Source: Archaeoglobus fulgidus DSM 4304 (GTDB taxonomy: Archaea; Halobacteriota; Archaeoglobi; Archaeoglobales; Archaeoglobaceae). From it: 32,000 nt of DNA. A program made the position numbers and the translations under genes. Positions 10,191 to 18,838 of the stretch are shown one piece after another; the stretch's first letter is position 1; every line of letters begins with the position of its first letter. The notes beneath the pieces were generated by a model that was not told where the DNA came from, ran no database searches, and saw only the letters and a list, made by a program, of their open reading frames with translations. The DNA is taken from assembly GCF_000008665.1 (NCBI RefSeq), contig NC_000917.1, positions 1,950,001 through 1,982,000 on the forward strand, written 5' to 3'.

Positions 10191-10587
10191 TTCCAACGTC
10201 CTGATTTACGCCCTGCTTAAACCAAAGAAAGAACCAGATGACAGGATTGCAGAGATGAAGGGGAAATCCGTCGAGATTCTCAGGAGGATCCAAGAGGGAG
10301 AGAAAGTTGCGACGACTGTTGTGCATCTGAGCGAGGTTGCCAACGTAATTGCGAGCAGGAGTAACGAAAAGCTGTCAGCAGAATTCGTGAAGGAATTTCT
10401 TACCCTCAGGAACGTGAAGGTTTTTGAGGTTAGTGCCGAAGACTACCTGAAAGCCTCTCTTCTCGCAGTGGAGAAGGGCGTTGACGTTAACGACGCCCTT
10501 GCTTACGTCAAGATGAGAGAGCACAAAATCGAGGAAATTTACACCTTTGACAAACACTTCGTGAAGATGGGGGTTGTGGTAGTTTGA
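10177..10587 (+). CDS. vapC: PIN-domain toxin (VapC-like)
   Basis: MRFVDSNVLIYALLKPKK start, central VVTTVVHLSEVANVI acidic residue, and VNDALAYVKMREHKIEEIYTFDKHF. Confidence 0.87.
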   Translation: MRFVDSNVLIYALLKPKKEPDDRIAEMKGKSVEILRRIQEGEKVATTVVHLSEVANVIASRSNEKLSAEFVKEFLTLRNVKVFEVSAEDYLKASLLAVEKGVDVNDALAYVKMREHKIEEIYTFDKHFVKMGVVVV

Positions 10588-10619
10588 ATGAGGCTGGCAG
10601 GGAATGCCTGAAAGATGAT

Positions 10620-10870
10620 CTTTTCTGATGGTTTTGAGCACGTATTGGTCTTCTCCCCGCGATAGGGGACACAGGCATCTTTGCAGGGCTGATTCTCAGA
10701 GATGAGGCGAATCACCGCTTTAATTTCCCACCTCAATCCAGGTGAGACTGTAACAGTCCTCACTCACAGTGACGGCGACACATCAACTGACCTGTTGGAA
10801 CAACGGTCACAACATTGACTCATCTCTACGACCTTGCAGGACCAGGGCTGGGTGGCAGGTGACATGAGAC
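10620..10870. ncRNA. Candidate structured intergenic RNA (unclassified)
   Basis: The 303-nt gap between vapC and tRNA-Leu has no convincing ORF. It carries strong inverted repeats: GTGAGACTG-TAA-CAGTCCTCAC (10742-10763), GACCTGTTG-GAA-CAACGGTC (10789-10808) and CCCCGCGATAGGGG. Confidence 0.25.
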
Positions 10871-10890
10871 TCTTACTGCAGTAAAAAGCA

Positions 10891-10974
10891 TGCGGGGGGC
10901 GGGATTCGAACCCGCGGACCCCTTCGGGACAGGGTCTTAAGCCCTGCGCCTTTTCCTGGCTCGGCAACCCCCGC
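10891..10974 (-). tRNA. tRNA-Leu (anticodon TAA)
   Basis: Reverse complement GCGGGGGTTGCCGAGCCAGGAAAAGGCGCAGGGCTTAAGACCCTGTCCCGAAGGGGTCCGCGGGTTCGAATCCCGCCCCCCGCA: 7-bp acceptor stem, class II variable arm, TTCGAAT T-loop. Confidence 0.95.
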
Positions 10975-11050
10975 TTGGAAAAATTTGAGAATTGCTGTTT
11001 ATGTGCTTTATGGCCGAATATTTTTTAATTCAGGAGTTCAACTCCTAAGC

Positions 11051-11380
11051 ATGGCAGACAAAAAATTCAGCTTAATCGCACTGGTTTCTTTCACAGCATT
11101 GGCGATTATCGTTCTCTACCACAACATTTCTCCTTACTTAACACCTTCTGACCTGATTGCGCAAGGGAAAGCGGAAAACGTTCAGGTTGTTGGTAAGATT
11201 GTATCTGTCAACGGCAACACCTTCCAGCTTTCTGATGGCAAAAACACCATAACTGCTGTTTACAACGGGACGGTTCAGCGGTACGATGCCGAGGTCGTGG
11301 TTGTGGGGAACTGGGATGGAAAAGTTCTGCATGCCACGAAAGTGCTTCAAAAGTGCCATACTGAGTACAAAGGTGGTTAG
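11051..11380 (+). CDS. ccmE: CcmE-like cytochrome c maturation heme chaperone
   Basis: N-terminal TM, ENVQVVGKIVSVNGNTFQLSDGKNTITAVYNG OB-fold pattern, DGKVLHATKVLQKCHTEY; immediately followed by ccmF. Confidence 0.75.
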   Translation: MADKKFSLIALVSFTALAIIVLYHNISPYLTPSDLIAQGKAENVQVVGKIVSVNGNTFQLSDGKNTITAVYNGTVQRYDAEVVVVGNWDGKVLHATKVLQKCHTEYKGG

Positions 11381-12892
11381 TTGGAGCCAGGCTTCCTGCT
11401 GCTGGCAACTTCTTTTGTAGCTACATTTTCGGCATTTTCACTGTTTCTCGCGAAAAAAGAAAGTCTGGGTGAGTTCTCACTTTACCTTGCAACCTCCACG
11501 ACTTTTGCTGCCCTGCTGCTGCTTGTAAACTACTTTGTTACCGACACGTTTTCGATATGGTACGTTTATGCTAACTCCAATGCCGAAATGCCGCTGGCCT
11601 ACAAAATAAGCGCGGTTTGGGCCGGGAAGGAAGGCAGCCTCCTCTTGTGGGTTGTGCTCAATCTGATGGTGACCTCACTCTACATTAACTGGGGGGTTAA
11701 GGACAGAAAGAAAGCCAAGGTGGCTGCTGTAATGACTCTTTTCACGTCTTACCTCCTCCTTAACCTTTTGATTTTCTCAAATCCCTTTACGGTCTTACCT
11801 TACACACCCCCAGATGGAGCAGGACTGAATCCTCTGCTGAGAACTGTGGAGATGATACTCCACCCTCCAGTGGTATTCCTCGCCTACTCGCTTGCCGCTC
11901 TGCTGTACTCCGTAATCGTTGCAAATTCGGAAGGGGAAAGAACCATCGCGAGGCTCACGTGGTTATCCCTAACCCTCGGCATTCTTATCGGAAGTTTGTG
12001 GGCATACAAAACTCTTGGATGGGGAGGTTTCTGGGGATGGGATCCGGTGGAGAACGCTTCCCTACTTCCGTGGCTAACTCTTACAGCCTACTTCCATCTC
12101 ACTAGGGGCAGAGACTTTTTCGCTTATCTCACCTTCTCACTCGTTCTTTTTGCAACCCTAGTCACGAGAAGTGGCATTATAAGCTCAGTGCACAGTTTTG
12201 GAGGGGAGGTTAGTGATTACAGCTACGTAATTCCGATTCTGGCCTCTTTAGCTCCTTTAGTTGTCAGGGCGAGACAGTTTTCGATTTCAAGTCTCTGCAA
12301 TCAGAATTTGCCAATCCTCTTTTTGTCAGCAGTTATTGTGGTTTTTCTAGGAACGATTGCCGGCGTTTCTGTTGAGGTGAGCAGAGAATACTACTTCGTC
12401 ACGTTTCTGCCGGTCTTCGCCTTAATAGTGCTGCTGGTTGTGCTTAAAATAAAAAAAGTCTCGATGCCCGCGACGCTGCTTCACCTGGGCGTAATTTTCC
12501 TCTTTGTCGGAGCAACTTCCGTTTGGCTTTTCGAGGAAAGCAAGACCATCACTCTTGACTCAGAGGGTTACAAGCTTCTCGATTTAAGCATTAGCGAGGA
12601 TGCGGAAAAGTACACTCTCACAGCGATAGTCAAAACCCCGGATGGCGTAATAGCACCGAAAGTTTACTTTTACAAAGTTGCTGGGAACAACAGAGTTTCT
12701 TCAGTTGAGATAATTCCGACAGTATTGTGGGACAACTATTACTCAATCAAGAGCTTCGATTTGGACAACAACGTTGTAACGCTTGAGTACTACCGCGTTC
12801 CGCTGATAAACGCCGTCTGGTTGGGCTCAGCCCTAATGCTTCTTGGAGCTCTCCTCAGGTTCTCAGGTAAAGTTTTTAAATTGGGAGGCTGA
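11381..12892 (+). CDS. ccmF: Cytochrome c-type biogenesis protein CcmF (heme lyase)
   Basis: Polytopic protein with tryptophan-rich WWD-type motif WGGFWGWDPVENASLLPWL and AVWAGKEGSLLLW. TTG start at 11381. Confidence 0.92.
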   Translation: MEPGFLLLATSFVATFSAFSLFLAKKESLGEFSLYLATSTTFAALLLLVNYFVTDTFSIWYVYANSNAEMPLAYKISAVWAGKEGSLLLWVVLNLMVTSLYINWGVKDRKKAKVAAVMTLFTSYLLLNLLIFSNPFTVLPYTPPDGAGLNPLLRTVEMILHPPVVFLAYSLAALLYSVIVANSEGERTIARLTWLSLTLGILIGSLWAYKTLGWGGFWGWDPVENASLLPWLTLTAYFHLTRGRDFFAYLTFSLVLFATLVTRSGIISSVHSFGGEVSDYSYVIPILASLAPLVVRARQFSISSLCNQNLPILFLSAVIVVFLGTIAGVSVEVSREYYFVTFLPVFALIVLLVVLKIKKVSMPATLLHLGVIFLFVGATSVWLFEESKTITLDSEGYKLLDLSISEDAEKYTLTAIVKTPDGVIAPKVYFYKVAGNNRVSSVEIIPTVLWDNYYSIKSFDLDNNVVTLEYYRVPLINAVWLGSALMLLGALLRFSGKVFKLGG

Positions 12893-12901
12893 AAATGGGG
12901 C

Positions 12902-13087
12902 ATGGGTAAGACAGGCAGCGTAACGTGGGTGAAGATTAAGAAGAGGAACAGCAACGAGTACAGGCTCGTGCCTACCAAGTGGCAGGACTACAAAAAGCCA
13001 GGACCAAATCAGAAGTACACGTCCGACGGAAAGAAGAGAAGGAGAATTAGAAGGTCACAGAAGTCGATATTAGGAGTGAGGTCCTAA
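12902..13087 (+). CDS. Small basic protein of unknown function
   Basis: 61 aa, Lys/Arg-rich (MGKTGSVTWVKIKKRNSNEYRLVPTKWQDYKKPGPNQKYTSDGKKRRRIRRSQKSILGVRS), starts 10 bp after ccmF. Confidence 0.5.
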   Translation: MGKTGSVTWVKIKKRNSNEYRLVPTKWQDYKKPGPNQKYTSDGKKRRRIRRSQKSILGVRS

Positions 13088-13626
13088 ACCTTTTTGAAAG
13101 CTGCCAAGTAGTGGTAGCTCAAATTTTCGCTTTTTACAAGTTTCATTTTGCTCAGATTTTCAAGCTCCTCAAGGCTTAACCTCTCCTCAACCGGTGGGCC
13201 GAACTCAGTTTTCTCTTTCTTCCACTCAGCAACCACCACGTAGTCGGCCCTTGAGGCCCACTCCAGATACTCCTCCGGATTGTCCATCTCGTGAAGCACG
13301 TTGGAGAAAAGCACAACGTCAACTCTGAAGTCCACCTCCGGCGGTTTCTCGGAGACGATTATTCCGATGTTGAGCAACCCCTCCTCCTCTACTCTCCTCC
13401 TGAGAACTTCCGCCATTTCCTCGCTTATCTCTACAGCGTAAACCTTCTTGAAAACCCTCGCAAGGGGAATTGTGAGGTAGCCTGTTCCTGCTCCAACGTC
13501 GAACAGAACGTTTTTCTTCGGCCTGAGGCTTTCAATGAACTCCACGACCTTCTCCGGAGGAAAAATCTTCCTCCTCCACTCCGAATCGAGAATATGAGCT
13601 TTTTTAGGGTCAAATTTGTGCTTCAT
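13084..13626 (-). CDS. Class I SAM-dependent methyltransferase
   Basis: NVLFDVGAGTGYLTIPLARVFKKVYAVEISEEMAEVL motif I/II. Confidence 0.85.
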   Translation of the reverse strand: MKHKFDPKKAHILDSEWRRKIFPPEKVVEFIESLRPKKNVLFDVGAGTGYLTIPLARVFKKVYAVEISEEMAEVLRRRVEEEGLLNIGIIVSEKPPEVDFRVDVVLFSNVLHEMDNPEEYLEWASRADYVVVAEWKKEKTEFGPPVEERLSLEELENLSKMKLVKSENLSYHYLAAFKKV

Positions 13627-13668
13627 GCTCCGTCTCGGTTTGGCTAATAAAAATGGTTTCGGGCTTTT

Positions 13669-14574
13669 TCACGACTCCCCACATCTGTCCAGCAGGTAGG
13701 CGTAGAGCATTGGCAGAGCTATAGTTGCGTCGCAGTAAACCGTTACAGCCTTGGCGTCGGGCTTTAGCTTGCACCAGCTTTTAGCCTCTTCAAGCGTTGC
13801 CCCACTCAGCCCGCCCCACTGCGGTGAGTCTGTTGTTATCTGCACCGCGTAGTCAAATCCCTCCGCCAGAAGCATCGCCTGCAGTGTGAAGTTTTTTGGC
13901 ACGCCTCCTCCAACGACAATGACACCCATCTTCCTTTTCTGGAAGCAGAAGTCTATAATTCTGCTGACATCCCTGAAGAAGTCAATCTGAAGGTTTTTTC
14001 GGTAAATCGTCATGTGCAAGCCGGCTATTGAGTCGTGCAGGGTGGGGCAGAAGACTGGAATCTCTCTCTCCGCGGCAATTCTGAGGAACGACCTTTCATC
14101 CGGGATTCTTTTTCCTACCTCCCATAGAAACTCGTAGGTTGTGTAAATCCCATCAAGCCCTTCAATTATGCCTGAAAGAAACTCCTCGACCCTCTCAAAA
14201 GCTTCCTGCCCAACAAAAACGTCGTAAATTCTGTTAATGCTCTCCTCAGCCAGAGCTGTGTCATCGACGTAGCAGCTTCCAATCTCGTGACCGATACCGA
14301 GAGATTCGACTATTTCGTGAACGATGTTGGCTCCAGTGGTTACAAGACTGCTTATAAATCCGTTCTGCATCATCCCGGCCACGATTTTCCTCATCCCGGC
14401 GGGAATCATCGCTCCTGCCAGAGTGAGGAAAACAAACGAGTCGCTTTTAACCATCTCCTCACAGATTTTTGCAGCCTCTCCAAGTCTTCTGGCATTGAAT
14501 GCCGTGCTTCCAAACATATCGAGCAGCTCAGAAACTTTGATTCCGCGCTGTATTTCTGGACTCGTCACTCTCAT
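13669..14574 (-). CDS. dys: Deoxyhypusine synthase
   Basis: FLTLAGAMIPAGMRKI, SLVTTGANIVHE, PTLHDSIAG, GVIVVGGGVPKNF, DSPQWGGLSGATLEEAKSWCK. Confidence 0.95.
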   Translation of the reverse strand: MRVTSPEIQRGIKVSELLDMFGSTAFNARRLGEAAKICEEMVKSDSFVFLTLAGAMIPAGMRKIVAGMMQNGFISSLVTTGANIVHEIVESLGIGHEIGSCYVDDTALAEESINRIYDVFVGQEAFERVEEFLSGIIEGLDGIYTTYEFLWEVGKRIPDERSFLRIAAEREIPVFCPTLHDSIAGLHMTIYRKNLQIDFFRDVSRIIDFCFQKRKMGVIVVGGGVPKNFTLQAMLLAEGFDYAVQITTDSPQWGGLSGATLEEAKSWCKLKPDAKAVTVYCDATIALPMLYAYLLDRCGES

Positions 14575-14645
14575 GACTCTGCATTGATGTGAGTGTTTAA
14601 ATCTCTTTCAAAAGGCATATATACCATCTCAAAGTCCGACCTTTT

Positions 14646-15353
14646 ATGAAGGTACTTGTAAGCCCCATGAGTGTTGCGGAAGCGATTGAGGCGATCGAGG
14701 GAGGGGCTGACATCATCGATGTGAAGAATCCTGCTGAAGGCTCGCTTGGTGCTAACTTCCCCTGGGTGATTAGGGAAATTTCGGAGCTCGCCAAGAAATA
14801 CGGTAAGGAGATAAGCGCAACAACGGGAGATATGCCGTATAAGCCCGGAACGGCGAGCCTTGCAGCGCTGGGTGCTGCAGTTGCAGGTGCGGATTACATA
14901 AAGGTCGGTCTTTACGGAGTCAAAAACGCTGAAGAAGCTTACGAGATGATGGTTGGCGTTGTGAGAGCTGTTAAGGACTTTGATTCGAGCAAAAAAGTCG
15001 TTGCTGCTGGCTACGGCGACTATTACAGAATTTCGTCAGTATCCCCCCTCGATTTGCCTGAAGCGGTTGCGAAGGCTGGAGCGGACATTGTGATGGTTGA
15101 CACCGCCATAAAGGATGGCACTTCCCTGTTCGATCACATGAAAATCGGAGATATTGAGAGTTTTGTGAAGCTGGCGAGAGATAACGGCCTGATGGTGGCT
15201 CTAGCCGGAAACATAAGCTGGAATCACATTGAGACGCTAAAAGAGCTCTCACCCGACATAATAGGAGTTAGGTCTATAGTTTGCGAGGGAGACAGAAGCT
15301 CGATGATAAAGAGGGAGCTTGTGGTAAAGCTTATGGAAGCGGTGCACGGGTAG
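14646..15353 (+). CDS. mfnB: (5-formylfuran-3-yl)methyl phosphate synthase (MfnB, methanofuran biosynthesis)
   Basis: MKVLVSPMSVAEAIEAIEGGADIIDVKNPAEGSLGANFPWVIREI, DYIKVGLYG, ADIVMVDTAIKDG, ALAGNI. Confidence 0.88.
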   Translation: MKVLVSPMSVAEAIEAIEGGADIIDVKNPAEGSLGANFPWVIREISELAKKYGKEISATTGDMPYKPGTASLAALGAAVAGADYIKVGLYGVKNAEEAYEMMVGVVRAVKDFDSSKKVVAAGYGDYYRISSVSPLDLPEAVAKAGADIVMVDTAIKDGTSLFDHMKIGDIESFVKLARDNGLMVALAGNISWNHIETLKELSPDIIGVRSIVCEGDRSSMIKRELVVKLMEAVHG

Positions 15354-16518
15354 AGCAGAGCTTTAACAGCTCGCTCTCACCCTCCCTCGTTCCTTTTGCA
15401 ATCAGAACATCCCCACTGAAAATCCTTGTGTTGGCAGTTGGCTTTGTTATCCACTCGTTCTTTCTTTTAATCGCCACCACATGCATCCCGGTGTTGCTTT
15501 CGACCCTTGCCTCTCCAAGAGTTTTTCCGTTGAGCGGGGATTCTTCGGATACTGTAATCAATGTCAGCACCTCATCGGTCTCTCTCATTGCCTCCTTGAA
15601 TATCGCGGGAATCTCCATCTTGTCCAGCAGTACCTGAGCGATGTCCCTCGCTGCATCCGCTATAAGCTCGGAGCAGTAGGCTATTTCGACAATGGCCATT
15701 AAAGGCATAAGCTGCTCGTCGTTGAAGTGGCGACTGCACTTGAGCACGCTCTTCTCAATTTCAAACTTGGTGTTGTCGATAACCTCCTCAAGGTATACGA
15801 CTTCCAGCGCAATTTCGTCATTTCCGTAAATCAATGAGGAGTACGCGAGGTCTACCGAAAGCTCGGAGAGGTTCTTCACCTCTATAAGCAGGTCAACGGC
15901 CCTGTCGAGCTCCTCTATTTTGATGTCCGGAGGTTCGGGCGGAGGGGGTATTTGCTTCCCCGCAACTACTTCGTAAAATCTCGGTAGAGCTGCCGGGTCG
16001 CCCTTTGCAAAGAGCAAATCGCCCTTGTAAACCATCGTGTCCCTGTCGGGATTGAAAATCCAGCTGAACCCGCGCTTTATCGCAATCACCCTCATTCCCG
16101 TTCTGGTGTGGAGCCTAACTTCACCAAGAGTTTTTCCTGCAATCTCTGAATTTTCGGGAACCTCAAGCTTTACGACCGTCTCCTCGGAATGGTAGAGCAT
16201 CAGCTTGACCATCTCGTCCGAGAGTCTGATGTTTCTCAGGACAAGCGAGGAAATGTCTGCTGCTGCGCTGCTTATCTTCTGCCCCGCGTTGGCTATCTGC
16301 AGGATTGATGAAACCTTCTCCGCCTCCTCCACCCTTCTTGCAGCGAGGATTGAAACGACTCTTATCTGCTTGAGCAAATCGAGAACCCTTCCTTCCAGCT
16401 CCAGAACCTCTTCAGCAATATCCTCATTGTTGTAAAGAATTGCGGAATAGGCAAGGTCAACCATCAGCTCGGTAGTATCTTTAATTTCAACGAGCAGATC
16501 CTTTACGGTACGAGGCAT
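15331..16518 (-). CDS. Duplicated PhoU-like/TrkA-C (RCK_C) domain protein, K+ transport/potassium-channel-related
   Basis: Two internally similar halves: VEIKDTTELMVDLAYSAILYNNEDIAEEV...KTLGEVRLHTRTGMRVIAIKRG and IEVKNLSELSVDLAYSSLIYGNDEIALEV...KTLGEARVESNTGMHVVAIKRK. Confidence 0.83.
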   Translation of the reverse strand: MPRTVKDLLVEIKDTTELMVDLAYSAILYNNEDIAEEVLELEGRVLDLLKQIRVVSILAARRVEEAEKVSSILQIANAGQKISSAAADISSLVLRNIRLSDEMVKLMLYHSEETVVKLEVPENSEIAGKTLGEVRLHTRTGMRVIAIKRGFSWIFNPDRDTMVYKGDLLFAKGDPAALPRFYEVVAGKQIPPPPEPPDIKIEELDRAVDLLIEVKNLSELSVDLAYSSLIYGNDEIALEVVYLEEVIDNTKFEIEKSVLKCSRHFNDEQLMPLMAIVEIAYCSELIADAARDIAQVLLDKMEIPAIFKEAMRETDEVLTLITVSEESPLNGKTLGEARVESNTGMHVVAIKRKNEWITKPTANTRIFSGDVLIAKGTREGESELLKLCSTRAPLP

Positions 16519-16546
16519 TTCAATTTTCTCTATTTCTCATCATATA

Positions 16547-16912
16547 TTAATCTTTTTCAACCACTTCCAGCTCCACTTCCTCGCCCTTTCTGTTGTAGCA
16601 CTTCCAGCTGTTCTCGTCGTAGGGATAGCAGACTATGATGTGGTACTTGCCAAAGCGGGTGAAGAGGGACAAGTCTTCCTCCGATGGCCTGCAGCTCGGC
16701 GAGGGGTGGCTGTGAACAGTCCCGAAAACCTTCATGCCGATGGGTAGCATGTCGAGGTGAATAACTGCAGACACCGAGCCCGAAACGAAGGGAAGGAAAA
16801 TGAGCTCATCCATTACATCCTTGCTTCCGCTCAGCAGAGCTATGAACTCATCTGGGTGAGCGCTCTTCGCAGCTTCCAGAATTGTTTTGAGCAATCCTCT
16901 GGAGATCTTCAC
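16547..16912 (-). CDS. JAMM/MPN+ metalloprotease (AfJAMM-like)
   Basis: VFGTVHSHPSPSCRPSEEDLSLF matches the JAMM motif HxHP(x)nSxxD. The sequence looks like the structurally characterised Archaeoglobus JAMM protein (from memory). Confidence 0.9.
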   Translation of the reverse strand: MKISRGLLKTILEAAKSAHPDEFIALLSGSKDVMDELIFLPFVSGSVSAVIHLDMLPIGMKVFGTVHSHPSPSCRPSEEDLSLFTRFGKYHIIVCYPYDENSWKCYNRKGEEVELEVVEKD

Positions 16913-18159
16913 AGGAACTCCCTCGGGTCTGCTATGTATCCCTTAACAGCACTTGCTGCAGCTGTAGCTGGTGAGGCAAGGAAAATTTCCGCGTTCGGAT
17001 TGCCCATTCTGCCCTTGAAGTTTCTGTTTTGAGTGGAGATGCAAACCTCGCCATCAGCCAGAATTCCCTGATGGATTCCCACACACGGCCCGCAGCCGGG
17101 GTTGAGAACCATTCCTCCAGCCTCAACGAAAACTCTTATCAGCCCCTTATCGAGGGCCTGCAGATAGACTCTCCTGCTTGCAGGGACAACAATCAGCCTA
17201 ACACCCTCCTTAACCTTCCTGCCCTTCAGGATTCTTGCAGCAACCTCTAAGTCAGAAAGCCTGCCGTTTGTGCATGTTCCGATGTAAACCTGATTTACCT
17301 CCGTGCCCTCAACCTCGCTAATCTCTGCAACATTGTCAACGTTGTGGGGCTTTGAGACAACCGGAACGAGGGAGGAAACGTCCATGTAAATCTCCTTTTC
17401 ATACTCTGCATCCTCATCCGCCTTTACCTCTCTGAAATCCCCCTCCCTCCCAAGCTCGGCGAGGAATTTCCTCGTGTTCTCATCGCTCTCGAAAATTCCC
17501 GCTTTGGCTCCGCACTCTACCGCCATATTGGCTATTGTGAGCCTCTCCTCCACAGTCATGTTCTCAGCACACTCCCCGTGGAACTCAAGGGCCTTGTAGG
17601 TTGCTCCGTCAACACCAAGATCACCTATGAGCTTCAGTATCACATCCTTGGCGAAAACTCCTTTGGGGAGAGAGCCGTCAAGCTGAACTCTGAAGCTCTC
17701 AGGAACTCTGAACCAGTTCTTGCCGAGTGCGATGGCAACTGCAACATCAGTAGAACCCATTCCCGTGGAGAAAGCTCCAATTCCTCCGTAGGTGCATGTG
17801 TGGCTGTCAGCCCCAACGGCCAAATCTCCGGGCTTGACGTACCGCTCTACCATAATCTGGTGGATTATCCCCTCTCCGGGCGGGTTGAAGTCCGCCCCAA
17901 CCTTTTTTGCAAACTCGTAGATGAACTTCTGGTCGTTGCTCAGCTCCCTTCTTGGCGAGGGAGCGGCGTGGTCAACGAAAAAGTGTGTCCTGTCTGCTGC
18001 TCTAACCTCCGTTCCGAGCTCCATCAGCTGCCTTATTGCCAGAGGAGCCGTGCCGTCCTGCAGGGCTATCTGGTCAATCTCGGCAACAACAATGTCACCG
18101 GCGTAAGCGTCACTCTTCGATTTTTCGCTGAGTATTTTTTCTGCAATAGTTTTGCCCAT
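16909..18159 (-). CDS. leuC: 3-isopropylmalate dehydratase / homoaconitase large subunit
   Basis: MGKTIAEKILSEKS, VDHAAPSP, GEGIIHQ, GADSHTCTYGG, YIGTCTNGR, GCGPCVG aconitase-family motifs. Confidence 0.94.
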   Translation of the reverse strand: MGKTIAEKILSEKSKSDAYAGDIVVAEIDQIALQDGTAPLAIRQLMELGTEVRAADRTHFFVDHAAPSPRRELSNDQKFIYEFAKKVGADFNPPGEGIIHQIMVERYVKPGDLAVGADSHTCTYGGIGAFSTGMGSTDVAVAIALGKNWFRVPESFRVQLDGSLPKGVFAKDVILKLIGDLGVDGATYKALEFHGECAENMTVEERLTIANMAVECGAKAGIFESDENTRKFLAELGREGDFREVKADEDAEYEKEIYMDVSSLVPVVSKPHNVDNVAEISEVEGTEVNQVYIGTCTNGRLSDLEVAARILKGRKVKEGVRLIVVPASRRVYLQALDKGLIRVFVEAGGMVLNPGCGPCVGIHQGILADGEVCISTQNRNFKGRMGNPNAEIFLASPATAAASAVKGYIADPREFL

Positions 18160-18241
18160 ACTGCAAGTTAGTTCGGTGCTTTTTAAGTTAACCGTTTGTT
18201 TCTTAGAAAAGCCTTAAATACTTTTTTAATGAACTCTCAAA

Positions 18242-18781
18242 GTGTTGGTTAAGAGGCTTGGAGAGCTGCTGGACAAAAAAGTCTCTAAAAAGACGGATGC
18301 CGCCGTGGTGGTTCCGGTTTTTGATGAGAAGTGCCCGAAAATTGTGATGATAAAGCGCTCGAAGGGTTTGAACAGGAGCGCGGGTCACATAGCCTTTCCC
18401 GGTGGGATGATTGAGGATGGCGAGAACGAGGTTGAAGCAGCTTTGAGAGAGTTTGAGGAGGAGCTTGGAATAAATCCCGAATGTGTTGATGTTCTAGGAT
18501 TTTTAAGGCCGCGGGAGGTTCACGAGTACAGGATAATGATTTGCCCCGTTGTGGGGATGATAAGGACGCTCGATTTCGTACCTGATGGGAGAGAGGTGAG
18601 CAGAGTTCTGGTCGATGAACTCAGAAAGGTTCTCAAGTCGAGAAGAATCACGGACTGGGGGCCGAACTTCGAGTGTGCAGGGCAGCTCGTTTGGGGAGCG
18701 TCGAGCAGAGTTCTGGACGACCTTTATTTGAGGATCGTTAGGCGATACGGCTCTGTTGATGCGTTTTTTGAGGGGATTTAG
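18242..18781 (+). CDS. Nudix hydrolase (CoA pyrophosphatase-like)
   Basis: AGHIAFPGGMIEDGENEVEAALREFEEELGI Nudix box with upstream NRSAGH. GTG start at 18242. Confidence 0.9.
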   Translation: MLVKRLGELLDKKVSKKTDAAVVVPVFDEKCPKIVMIKRSKGLNRSAGHIAFPGGMIEDGENEVEAALREFEEELGINPECVDVLGFLRPREVHEYRIMICPVVGMIRTLDFVPDGREVSRVLVDELRKVLKSRRITDWGPNFECAGQLVWGASSRVLDDLYLRIVRRYGSVDAFFEGI

Positions 18782-18838
18782 GACTCATTGGTATGTGAAT
18801 CGGGGTAAAGTACTTATTTTTTGATTTCTAATTAGGGC

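Noticed and set aside
10620-10870. RNase P RNA or SRP RNA identity for the structured gap
   Set aside because: I could not find the expected conserved RNase P core or SRP domain IV sequences on either strand, so only an unclassified candidate is reported.
10764-10967. 67-aa ORF overlapping tRNA-Leu on the same strand
   Set aside because: Mostly a translation of the tRNA sequence and adjacent inverted repeats.
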